Shown piece by piece: positions 9,708-18,032 of a stretch of DNA of 64,000 nt. The translations under genes were made by a program, and so were the position numbers. Position 1 is the first letter of the stretch, and each line of letters begins with the position of its first letter. This DNA is from an uncultured Alphaproteobacteria bacterium (GTDB lineage: Bacteria; Pseudomonadota; Alphaproteobacteria; RF32; CAG-239): positions 139,873 to 203,872 of the forward strand of contig CASFSV010000014.1 in NCBI GenBank assembly GCA_949297415.1, in the 5' to 3' direction. The notes beneath the pieces are model-generated. The model worked only from the letters and a program-made list of their open reading frames with translations, was not told the DNA's origin and did no database searches.

Positions 9708-9852
9708 ATATCCGCTTCATTAGCGGATTTGCCTTTTTGTAACAGCTTTTTTATGAGATGTAAATATTAAAGCTCATTTTATGCCTATATTCTATTATAA
9801 TTAAAAAGCCACCCTTTGAGATGGCTTTTTAGTTACAACTTTATTTTTATGA

Positions 9853-10056
9853 CTACAGTACCACTATTGAGCCGGCAGCCATACGGCCTCTATCATCATA
9901 AATTTCATAGCTTACGCGTTGTCCTTCATATAATTTTCTTAGACCTTTCTCCTCTAATTTGGTTATATGTACAAATACATCTTTTCCACCATTTTCCGGC
10001 TGAATAAAACCATATCCCTTGCGTGAATTAAACCACTTAACAGTTCCTGTTGTCAT
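9853..10056 (-). CDS. cspA: cold-shock protein CspA family
   Basis: 67 aa MTTGTVKWFNSRKGYGFIQPENGGKDVFVHITKL.... RNP1/RNP2 motifs KGYGFI and VFVHI. A ~100-nt 5' leader. Confidence 0.9.
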   Translation of the reverse strand: MTTGTVKWFNSRKGYGFIQPENGGKDVFVHITKLEEKGLRKLYEGQRVSYEIYDDRGRMAAGSIVVL

Positions 10057-10155
10057 TTTATCTCCTATCTTTAATAGTTACACCTACTCCGTTAGGTTAC
10101 CCTAACGAGAGTTAGTTATAATACTATTTATTTTAGAGTCAATAAAAAAAAACTC

Positions 10156-10527
10156 TTATAAGTTGTTTTTTGATAAAATATTTTGTATCTGTGCTTTTAT
10201 ATATTCCCTAAATTCAGGATTTACACCCTTTTCTTTTCCTTTTTTTTCTAATATTTCTAATATTTCAGTTTGGTATTTAGGTTTATTAATGGCTATTCTC
10301 GCTAAATACCAAACAGTTCCTTCAAAAACTTGTTTTTCTTCGCTTTCCAAACCTTTGGTGATACTTTCATATGTTGGTGAAAAACGCTTTTTTATTTCTG
10401 TATTATTTAATACGTATGATGCTTTTTGAATTCGATGTGCTTCTGCCGGTGTTATATCTCCGGCTTTTTTACCTATTAAAAAATCTTTTATCTTCTTAAA
10501 CATTGATGAGCTAACACCTTCTGTCAT
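10156..10527 (-). CDS. hypothetical protein
   Basis: 123-aa ORF with no recognisable motif. It occupies the gap between csp and the tRNA, and an opposite-strand ORF overlaps it. Confidence 0.45.
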   Translation of the reverse strand: MTEGVSSSMFKKIKDFLIGKKAGDITPAEAHRIQKASYVLNNTEIKKRFSPTYESITKGLESEEKQVFEGTVWYLARIAINKPKYQTEILEILEKKGKEKGVNPEFREYIKAQIQNILSKNNL

Positions 10528-10669
10528 CTTTTGTCTCCCTTATCTTTTTGTCCTCTTTGAAAATTAAAATAAGCGGACTTTTTTCTTTTTGCAACCAATT
10601 TTTCTGTTGACTAAGTTAAAAATGATTGACTCTTATTTTTATTTATACTATCTAGTTTTCTCGTTAGAT

Positions 10670-10743
10670 TGCTTCATCGTCTAATGGTAGGACAGCGGAC
10701 TCTGACTCCGTTAATCTTGGTTCGAATCCAGGTGAAGCAGCCA
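10670..10743 (+). tRNA. tRNA-Gln (anticodon CUG)
   Basis: Manual fold: 7-bp acceptor TGCTTCA/TGAAGCA with U1-A72 and G73, then CCA encoded. D-loop has A14 and G18G19. Anticodon stem GCGGA/TCCGT with loop CU-CUG-AC. T-arm CTTGG-TTCGAAT-CCAGG. Confidence 0.8.
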
Positions 10744-10749
10744 TTTTTA

Positions 10750-10776
10750 AGGTCGTCTTCTTAGGCGACCTTTTTT
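10750..10776 (+). terminator. rho-independent terminator after tRNA-Gln
   Basis: AGGTCGTC-TTCTTA-GGCGACCT hairpin followed by TTTTTTG. Confidence 0.6.
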
Positions 10777-10852
10777 GTTTGACTTTTCACATACGGAATT
10801 CTATGCTTTTAGTGCTTTTTTTATTATTATTCACTTCTAAATCTTTTATATT

Positions 10853-11584
10853 ATGAGGTTATCTAAAATTACCGTTTCTGGAGCTAACGAATTTACTGAT
10901 GCTCAAGCTTTGGTTTCTCTTTGTGAAAAACATTGTCTGTCTGAAATCGGCATTCAAGTTTCTGGCGATAAAGCCTATTTTAGTTCTGCCAGATATTGGT
11001 GGATTTGGGCACTTTGTTCTCTTGCTTCTCGTCATGTTCAAATTGCTCTTCATCTAAACAAAGATTGGGCAGAGGATTTTTGTGATGGAAAAATTCCTAC
11101 TGAAGTTCAGACTTTGCTTCACAATTTTCCAACTATCCGAACTATTCAGCTAAACTTTAAAATCGGACGTGAAAAAACACCCGATTTGAATACATTACTG
11201 GATACTATGAAGCGATGTTACCCCCGTAACTTTATCCTTTCTTACAACGATAGCAATAAGGAATTTATCAATCACCTGTATAACACGGGTTTTAAGTTTG
11301 CGTGCTTGTATGACAATTCTTTTGGTGAAGGAATTACTCCTGACACTCGCCCCGCTCCGGCTTTCCCTGATATTTATCAAGGATATGCTGGAGGTCTTTC
11401 TCCTGACAATATCGCAGCCGAACTGGATAAAATAAGAAAAGTTATTCCTTCTCAATGCGAATTTTTTATTGATGCTAAAGGAAAGCTTAAAGGCGATGAT
11501 GGGCTCTTTTCTTTAGAGAAATGCAAACAATTCTTGGATCGTGCCATGGAATGGGCTTATCGTGATTCTGTTTTTAACCGCTAA
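10853..11584 (+). CDS. TIM-barrel protein resembling phosphoribosylanthranilate isomerase (TrpF/PRAI family), putative
   Basis: 243 aa. N-terminal KITVSGANEFTDAQAL resembles the TrpF K-I-C-G-(L/I)-T...(D/E)A motif. C-terminal GYAGGLSPDNIAAEL resembles the TrpF (L/I)AGGL(T/N)P(E/D)NV phosphate-binding segment. No other trp genes are in the window. Confidence 0.4.
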   Translation: MRLSKITVSGANEFTDAQALVSLCEKHCLSEIGIQVSGDKAYFSSARYWWIWALCSLASRHVQIALHLNKDWAEDFCDGKIPTEVQTLLHNFPTIRTIQLNFKIGREKTPDLNTLLDTMKRCYPRNFILSYNDSNKEFINHLYNTGFKFACLYDNSFGEGITPDTRPAPAFPDIYQGYAGGLSPDNIAAELDKIRKVIPSQCEFFIDAKGKLKGDDGLFSLEKCKQFLDRAMEWAYRDSVFNR

Positions 11585-11632
11585 AACGTTTCCCCTGTTC
11601 ATCTTAAGTGATGTCAGGGGCTTTTTTATGCT

Positions 11633-12652
11633 TTACTCATTACTTTCTTTACTCATTACTTTTTTCATCAACGTCGATAATGGATAATCTGAAAGTCTAT
11701 CCTTTGGTACAAAAAAGCTGTCGGGCCATAATGGCTTATCACTTTTTATTTTGTATATGCACAGCGTTAATTTTATATGCGTAAAAATGTGGGTTACTGT
11801 TTTTCCGCTATCTTCTGCGTTCTCCCAGATTTTTCCTTCATCTTTCCAAGGAAATTCATATAGTCCGGTTAACAATCCCGGCTCAGTTCGTTTACGCAAC
11901 AAATATTCGCCCTCACTATTTTGTATTAAGTAGACGCTTCCATGTTTTTCTTTTTTCCCCAACTTTCGACGAATCGGTATTTGTTCTAAATCCGCTTTAT
12001 CTTTTGATTGGCACACATCTTTTAGTGGACACAATAAACATTGAGGATTTTTGGGTGTACATATCATCGCTCCTAAATCCATAATTGCCGACGCATAATC
12101 CGCTGCGTTCTCCCGATCAGTTAACTTTATCGCCTTCTCGCGTATTGTTTCTTTTATCTCATCCAAAGGCTGGGTTAAATGATATAACCTACTGATTATC
12201 CTCATTACATTACCGTCTATTACAGTTTCCGGCTGATTATATGCTAAGGCTAAAAAGCTGGCAACCGTGTATTCTCCGATGCCTTTTAATTTTAATACTT
12301 CCGCTTTACGTTGAGGAAATTTACCGCCATATTCATTAACAACAATTTGTGCTGTCTTATGCAATGAGCGTGCTCTTGTATAATATCCTAAGCCTTGCCA
12401 CATCGTATATACTTCTTCTTGCGTGGCTTTTGCTAAACTTTCTATTGTCGGAAAACGCTCCATAAATCGCTTAAAATAAGGAATAACCGTTTTTACGGTT
12501 GTTTGCTGAAGCATGAACTCTGATACCAAAATCACATAAGGATTGGGATGTGCTCTGCCTTTCACGCGCCAAGGTAAATCCCTGCCGTATTCTTGATACC
12601 ATGCTAATAGTTTTTGAGATATTTCTTGATTATCCGACATCTTCTTTCTCAT
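11633..12652 (-). CDS. mutY: A/G-specific adenine DNA glycosylase MutY
   Basis: HhH-GPD domain (GIGEYTVASFLALAYNQ, VIDGNVMRIISRLY), a 4Cys cluster (CTPKNPQCLLCPLKDVC) and a C-terminal NUDIX-like domain. The track ORF extends to 12727 only by reading through the tRNA-Leu on this strand. The real start is the MRKKMSDNQ Met at 12652 (or 12640). Confidence 0.85.
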   Translation of the reverse strand: MRKKMSDNQEISQKLLAWYQEYGRDLPWRVKGRAHPNPYVILVSEFMLQQTTVKTVIPYFKRFMERFPTIESLAKATQEEVYTMWQGLGYYTRARSLHKTAQIVVNEYGGKFPQRKAEVLKLKGIGEYTVASFLALAYNQPETVIDGNVMRIISRLYHLTQPLDEIKETIREKAIKLTDRENAADYASAIMDLGAMICTPKNPQCLLCPLKDVCQSKDKADLEQIPIRRKLGKKEKHGSVYLIQNSEGEYLLRKRTEPGLLTGLYEFPWKDEGKIWENAEDSGKTVTHIFTHIKLTLCIYKIKSDKPLWPDSFFVPKDRLSDYPLSTLMKKVMSKESNE

Positions 12653-12680
12653 ACAAAAAGCCTCCTTATGGAGGCTTTTT
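12653..12680 (-). terminator. rho-independent terminator following tRNA-Leu (minus strand)
   Basis: On the minus strand, AAGCCTCC-ATAA-GGAGGCTT is followed by TTTTTG. It lies immediately 5' of the mutY start codon. Confidence 0.55.
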
Positions 12681-12682
12681 AT

Positions 12683-12768
12683 TGGTGCTCTGGAGAAGAC
12701 TTGAACTTCCACTGCCTGAGGCAACATGCACCTGAAGCATGCGCGTCTACCAATTTCGCCACCAGAGC
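12683..12768 (-). tRNA. tRNA-Leu (anticodon CAG), class II with long variable arm
   Basis: Reverse complement reads GCTCTGG-TG-GCG-AAATTGGTAGA-CGC-G-CATGC-TTCAGGT-GCATG-(variable TTGCCTCAGGCAGTG)-GGAAG-TTCAAGT-CTTCT-CCAGAGC-A-CCA, 86 nt. The AATTGGTAGACGC D-region is typical of Leu. The anticodon loop is UU-CAG-GU. Confidence 0.85.
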
Positions 12769-12826
12769 AACGTTTTTTTAATACTTGTTTTTTTTATATT
12801 AGTCAATACTTTTTTATTTTGCTTGG

Positions 12827-13633
12827 CTACAACACATTGTACGCATCTAACAATAATCCTATTCCTAAAAGGATACGATATATTACAAACGGTAAATATG
12901 TTGCATAACGCAGCCATTGCATCATCAAAAATATTGCTAAAAACGAAAAGATAAACGACCAACTTATTGCTTGATAAGCCATTATTATTTGGCTTAATTC
13001 TCCGCCGTTATATATCTCGTGCATAGCTAAAATTCCAGCGGCTAAAATTGCAGGAACCGACAACAACATGGAAAATTTTGCAACTTCACTTCTGTTATAA
13101 CCTAAAAAGCGTCCAACCGTTATCGTTACACCTGAACGGCTTGTCCCCGGTAAAAAGGCTAAACATTGTGCAAAGCCAATCCATAAAGCATCACTCATTT
13201 TCATATCTTTTAATGTTTTTTCTGTGTTAAATTTTGTATCGGCATACCATAAAATGACAGAATAAATTATCAACAGCCATCCGATTAATTTGGTACTTCT
13301 AACCCAATCCATCCCGATATATTTTAACGCACCGCCAATTACGATTGCAGGTATTGTGGCACATATAATAAAATACGCCAAACGCACACCGTCTACTTGA
13401 AAGTTTGGCTGAAATTTCTCTTTTATTAAATCCACCAACATTTCTTTGAAAGTTCGCCAAAAATATAAAACAACCGCTATCAACGAACCGATATGCAAGG
13501 CTATGTCAATTACCTGCCCTTGATCGGTAAATGACATATATTTGGAAAATAAAATTAAATGACCAGAAGAACTTACCGGCAAAAACTCTGTCAATCCTTG
13601 AACGACTGATAACCAAAATACTTGCATATCCAT
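12827..13633 (-). CDS. uppP: undecaprenyl-diphosphatase UppP (BacA)
   Basis: 268 aa, polytopic. N-terminal GLTEFLPVSSSGHL motif and PGxSRSG motif (LPGTSRSGVT). Confidence 0.9.
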   Translation of the reverse strand: MDMQVFWLSVVQGLTEFLPVSSSGHLILFSKYMSFTDQGQVIDIALHIGSLIAVVLYFWRTFKEMLVDLIKEKFQPNFQVDGVRLAYFIICATIPAIVIGGALKYIGMDWVRSTKLIGWLLIIYSVILWYADTKFNTEKTLKDMKMSDALWIGFAQCLAFLPGTSRSGVTITVGRFLGYNRSEVAKFSMLLSVPAILAAGILAMHEIYNGGELSQIIMAYQAISWSFIFSFLAIFLMMQWLRYATYLPFVIYRILLGIGLLLDAYNVL

Positions 13634-13677
13634 CTTTTTATCCTTTCTTTGTTTTCGTGAAGTATAGGGGGGATTGG

Positions 13678-15099
13678 TTAAAAATCAAATAAACTTTCTT
13701 GCTTATTTTCTTCTTTTTCAGTTATCTTTTTCTTTTTTATAGGTTTTATTGGGGTATTTGAATTTTCGTTTTCCGTTGACGTTTGTGGTGATATATAGCT
13801 TTTTATTTCTCCATCTGCAAAATGGATTGTCAATTCCGTTTCCTGCTCAGCAGAAGCTTTTCCGTAAATTGTTTGACCTTGGTTACCTTTAATCCATGCA
13901 AAACCACGTCTTAAAACCGATTCAACAGAAACTCCTTCCAACCGGTGACCTAGTCCTTGTAATCTTTCGGTATATTTTTCAACCATTGTATTAATATATA
14001 CCGGTTTTATTTCAGCTAGAACCAACGCATTTTTTTTCTGCATCAAAACATTCTTAACTGCATTTAGCAATCTTTCCCAGCGATAATCTAACTTTTGAAT
14101 ATTCTCATTTAGAATTTGTTGTAAATTCGGAATACCTCGTCCTAAACCTTCTATTTTATTTTTATATTCTTCAAGGCTACGGCGCATTGCATTCCTCATG
14201 CGATTGTCCAAGATACTCATGTTCATGACCAATTCACTTTTGACTGGAACGGCAAATTCCGCTGCACCAGTCGGCGTCGGAGCTCTTTTATCAGAAACAT
14301 AGTCTATTAACATAGTATCTGTTTCGTGCCCCACCGCTGAGATTATCGGTATATCAGAATCGTAAACAGCCCTTATCACAATCTCTTCGTTAAATGGCCA
14401 TAAATCTTCTAAACTGCCACCGCCTCTGGCTACAATGATAACATCAGGTCTGCTGATTTCTCCACCTTTAGGCAATGCGTTGAAACCTTTAATTGCTGCT
14501 GCCACTTTTTCTGCTGCGCCTTCTCCTTGTACCGGTGTTGGCCAGAGCAAAACATAACTTGGAAATCTATCACGAATACGATGAATAATATCTCTGATTA
14601 CTGCTCCTGATGCACTGGATACAACGCCTATCGTTTTCGGTAAAAATGGTATGGGCTTTTTGTGACTTACATCAAACAATCCTTCTTTGATGAATTGTTG
14701 TTTACGCTCTTCCAACAATTTCAGCAATGCACCTTGTCCTGCCGGCTCTAAACTTTCTATAACAAGCTGATAAGATGATTTTCCCGAAAATGTCGTGATT
14801 TTTCCAGTTGCAATTACCTCTAGTCCATCCTCTATTTTGACTTTTAGTGAAGAAGCTACACCTCGCCAGCATACTGCCGATAATACCGCGTTCTCATCTT
14901 TTAACGATAAATACCAATGCCCCGAATCTGCTCTTTTAGCACCAAAAATTTCACCTCTGACCAAAACATGATTAAAATTACCTTCCACATATCTTTTTAT
15001 CTCATTAGATAATTCCGTAACAGTTTTAGCTTGCGGTTGTGTGGCTATTGTTTCTTTTTCCGGTGTTTTTTCTTCAAAATCAAAACTTAAATCCATCAT
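13678..15099 (-). CDS. xseA: exodeoxyribonuclease VII large subunit XseA
   Basis: 473 aa with an OB-fold N-terminus (VLVRGEI...) and the catalytic core (VIIVARGGGSLEDLWPFNEE). A Lys-rich C-terminal tail. Confidence 0.9.
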   Translation of the reverse strand: MMDLSFDFEEKTPEKETIATQPQAKTVTELSNEIKRYVEGNFNHVLVRGEIFGAKRADSGHWYLSLKDENAVLSAVCWRGVASSLKVKIEDGLEVIATGKITTFSGKSSYQLVIESLEPAGQGALLKLLEERKQQFIKEGLFDVSHKKPIPFLPKTIGVVSSASGAVIRDIIHRIRDRFPSYVLLWPTPVQGEGAAEKVAAAIKGFNALPKGGEISRPDVIIVARGGGSLEDLWPFNEEIVIRAVYDSDIPIISAVGHETDTMLIDYVSDKRAPTPTGAAEFAVPVKSELVMNMSILDNRMRNAMRRSLEEYKNKIEGLGRGIPNLQQILNENIQKLDYRWERLLNAVKNVLMQKKNALVLAEIKPVYINTMVEKYTERLQGLGHRLEGVSVESVLRRGFAWIKGNQGQTIYGKASAEQETELTIHFADGEIKSYISPQTSTENENSNTPIKPIKKKKITEKEENKQESLFDF

Positions 15100-16010
15100 A
15101 AATCTAATAATCCTTTTGCAAATTCTTCAGCCTTAAACGTATCCATATCATCAACTTGCTCTCCTACCCCTACATAATAAACAGGAATAGAAGTTTCTGA
15201 TGCGATGGCTATTAATATACCACCTCGTGATGAACCATCTAATTTGGTTACAACAACCCCATTCACATCTACTAAATCCTTAAATGTTTTTACTTGATCT
15301 AACCCATTTTGTCCGGTTGTTGCATCTATGGTTATTAGAGTTTTATGAGGAGCATCTGGAATCACTTTTTTTATCACACGAACAATCTTTTGTAGCTCTT
15401 CCATCAAGCCTTTTTTATTTTGCAAGCGACCTGCCGTATCAATAAATACTATATCGTCCCCTTTTTTTATTGCTTTTACCAAACCATCATAACATAGTCC
15501 GGCACTATCACATCCCGTTTCACCTGAAAATACACGAATGCTATTACGAGCGCCCCAAATCTCCAACTGCTCCACCGCCGCCGCTCTAAATGTATCGCCG
15601 GCAATAAATGAAACTTGGTATCCTTCTTTGGCAAATTTTTTACCCAATTTTCCAATCGTGGTTGTTTTGCCTGCGCCATTTACACCCACCATTAAAATAA
15701 CAAAAGGCTTTTTAGTTGTATCGATAACAAATTCCTGTTCGGATTTTTTTAATATTGCGGTTATATCTTTGCATAACTCTTGTTTGATTGCCGTAATATC
15801 GCTCCCTTTTTCAAATTTCTTGGAGGTAAAATTTCCAACAATCTCTGATGAGGCTTTGACACCCACATCTGCGCTATATAGCAATTCTTCCAAATCCGTT
15901 ATCACATCTTCCGACAGGCTTTCTTTAGTGAAAATATCACTTATGCCTTGGCTTAAATTTTTTGATGTTTTCTTTAATCCCAAACCTAGTTTTTGAAAAA
16001 AATTGCTCAT
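15096..16010 (-). CDS. ftsY: signal recognition particle receptor FtsY (NG domain only)
   Basis: GVNGAGKTT P-loop, DTAGR, TKLD motifs. 304 aa with no acidic A-domain. Its 4-nt ATGA overlaps with both xseA and mtaB. Confidence 0.9.
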   Translation of the reverse strand: MSNFFQKLGLGLKKTSKNLSQGISDIFTKESLSEDVITDLEELLYSADVGVKASSEIVGNFTSKKFEKGSDITAIKQELCKDITAILKKSEQEFVIDTTKKPFVILMVGVNGAGKTTTIGKLGKKFAKEGYQVSFIAGDTFRAAAVEQLEIWGARNSIRVFSGETGCDSAGLCYDGLVKAIKKGDDIVFIDTAGRLQNKKGLMEELQKIVRVIKKVIPDAPHKTLITIDATTGQNGLDQVKTFKDLVDVNGVVVTKLDGSSRGGILIAIASETSIPVYYVGVGEQVDDMDTFKAEEFAKGLLDL

Positions 16011-17041
16011 TTTTTCTCCTTTCGCAGGTTTCTTAATCTTTCTGCTCGTTCTCTTCTTATATTAACCGGAACTTGCGGCATTCTTGCGGCTGGTGTTCCG
16101 GGACGTTCCGAATATGGAAAAACATGTAACTTTTCTATATCGGCTTCTTCTACCAATTTCATCGTATTTATAAAATTTTCTTCCGTTTCTGTTGGAAATC
16201 CGCAAATAAAATCTGCACCGAATACACTTTCAGGACGAACTTCTCTTAATTTTTTACATAAATTTATCACATCTTCCCTACTATGACGACGTCTCATCCT
16301 TTTTAATATCAAATTATCTCCTGATTGTATTGAAAAATGAAAATACGGATGGATATTCGGATATTTCCTAACCAAATCAATAAACCGTTCATCAATAGCC
16401 GCTGGATCCAAAGAACCAAACTGTAATGATGGTAAATCCGGAAATTCTTGCAAAATCTCTGCCACTAATTCACTAAAACTTGGCTCATACGAACAAGCAT
16501 CAATTCCCGTTAAACAGATTTCCTTAAATCCTTGTTGCAATAAAATTCGTATCTGTTCAATTATTTTTTCTTTTTTTACCGAACGATTTGCGCCTCTGGC
16601 ATATGGAACTATGCAATATGTACAACGATGGTCGCACCCTTGTTGAATTTCAACAAAAGCTCTTTCTCGGCCTTCAAAACCTGTTATCATATAAGCGTCA
16701 TAGCCTGCAAACGAAAAAATATCTCCGACGATTTTCTTTTCTTGTGAAACCAGATATTTTTCTATTTCGGTCTTTTCTTTATTTCCCAGTACCAAATCAA
16801 CTTCCGGCATGGCTGCAAATCTTTCAGCGCTCACTTGCGCTGCACATCCGGTTACTACTATTTTTGCTTCAGGATTTTCTTTTTTCATTTTACGAATTGT
16901 CTGGCGGCATTGTCTTTCTGCTTCTGACGTAACAGCACATGTATTTATGACAACCAAATTGTCATAATCTTTTAATTTCTCTTTGAATACTTCACTTTCA
17001 TAGCTATTTATGCGGCATCCGAACGTTACTACTTTTACCAT
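16007..17041 (-). CDS. mtaB: radical-SAM tRNA methylthiotransferase, MtaB-like (no TRAM domain)
   Basis: N-terminal MTTase domain Cys (FGCRINSYE, CAVT, GCAAQ) and radical SAM CxxxCxxC (CDHRCTYCIVP). 344 aa. Confidence 0.75.
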   Translation of the reverse strand: MVKVVTFGCRINSYESEVFKEKLKDYDNLVVINTCAVTSEAERQCRQTIRKMKKENPEAKIVVTGCAAQVSAERFAAMPEVDLVLGNKEKTEIEKYLVSQEKKIVGDIFSFAGYDAYMITGFEGRERAFVEIQQGCDHRCTYCIVPYARGANRSVKKEKIIEQIRILLQQGFKEICLTGIDACSYEPSFSELVAEILQEFPDLPSLQFGSLDPAAIDERFIDLVRKYPNIHPYFHFSIQSGDNLILKRMRRRHSREDVINLCKKLREVRPESVFGADFICGFPTETEENFINTMKLVEEADIEKLHVFPYSERPGTPAARMPQVPVNIRRERAERLRNLRKEKK

Positions 17042-17105
17042 GCTTTATTTCCTTTTTATATATTATTCGGATGATATTCGCTATTTCTGATTTGTGCAAG
17101 ACAAA

Positions 17106-18032
17106 TTAAAACATCTGCTGATATTTTATCGGTATTTCCTTTGTATAACTATACCATAGTGGTTTTAGATATGTATGCGTAAACCATGGTGTCCATGGCT
17201 TATGACCGGCAAAATGCAAAATTACGGCATTATCATAAACCTCTCGAGACGTTTGCGGAACACTTTCCTGAAAAAAATTGCTCAAAAAATCGGCATCTTT
17301 TTCTTCAAAAAATACGCTATTGCAGTTATACATATATGATAAAGGTTTAACATCCTTACCAAACACAATATTGAGGACATCTTGGTCGCCAAAGACTTCA
17401 TTATGTGTGTTAAAATAAATGGTAGCTCTGCGGATAATATCGTCTTGCCGTATCTTATCTAAATTTAACAGCATAACACCGCTATTGAAATAAAAGTCAC
17501 GCTCCGTCAGATTTATTTCTTTTATATGTTCAGGAAATTGATACATCAAACCATCTTTTACCGCTGCCGCATATTTATCTGATATATCCGTTTCATACAT
17601 CTCACTCAAATCACCTTGTACCAAAGTATCCGCGTCCAAATATAAAACTTTATTCAAATACGGCAAATACTCCGCCAGAAATATTTTTTGTAACGACACT
17701 TTAAACGACTCGAAACGTCCTAAACGTTTATAGTCCAACTCTAATTCTCGGCTCGGATAAACTTCTATGCTGACATTTGAAGTTTTCATTGATTTCAGGT
17801 TTGCAATATCCTCTGCATCTATATCTTTCCCGACAACATGAATGTGATACTTACTTTCCGGTAATTTGTTTTTTATGGCTGAACTCAATGACACCATCAT
17901 ATACGGCAAATATTTAGTATCTGTCATATACACCAAATTAACAGCTTTGGGTCTTAAACCGAACACCGCTATGATTGATATAACAAATAAACCTATTATT
18001 CCATAAAATAAATATTTAACTTTTGGTGTCAT
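17106..18032 (-). CDS. glycosyltransferase family 8 protein with N-terminal signal-anchor
   Basis: DxD (YLDADTLV), FNSGVMLLNL and HFAGHKPWTPW, all hallmarks of GT8 LgtC/RfaJ/glycogenin. The first 30 aa are a single hydrophobic helix after a basic N-terminus. Confidence 0.75.
   Translation of the reverse strand: MTPKVKYLFYGIIGLFVISIIAVFGLRPKAVNLVYMTDTKYLPYMMVSLSSAIKNKLPESKYHIHVVGKDIDAEDIANLKSMKTSNVSIEVYPSRELELDYKRLGRFESFKVSLQKIFLAEYLPYLNKVLYLDADTLVQGDLSEMYETDISDKYAAAVKDGLMYQFPEHIKEINLTERDFYFNSGVMLLNLDKIRQDDIIRRATIYFNTHNEVFGDQDVLNIVFGKDVKPLSYMYNCNSVFFEEKDADFLSNFFQESVPQTSREVYDNAVILHFAGHKPWTPWFTHTYLKPLWYSYTKEIPIKYQQMF

Noticed and set aside
9708-9852. Hairpins ATCCGC-TTCATTA-GCGGAT and AGCCA-CCCTTTGAGA-TGGCT between msbA-like start and csp
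   Set aside because: They are probably just the csp terminator (the second one) and a promoter-region palindrome. Stems are short and I cannot support a regulatory RNA call.
12653-12727. N-terminal 25-codon extension of the mutY ORF in the track
   Set aside because: It is a translation of the minus-strand tRNA-Leu gene and its terminator. The real start is the downstream MRKK Met.
15538-16286. Plus-strand ORFs 15538..15996 and 15993..16286
   Set aside because: They are antisense to ftsY and mtaB, which carry strong motifs.
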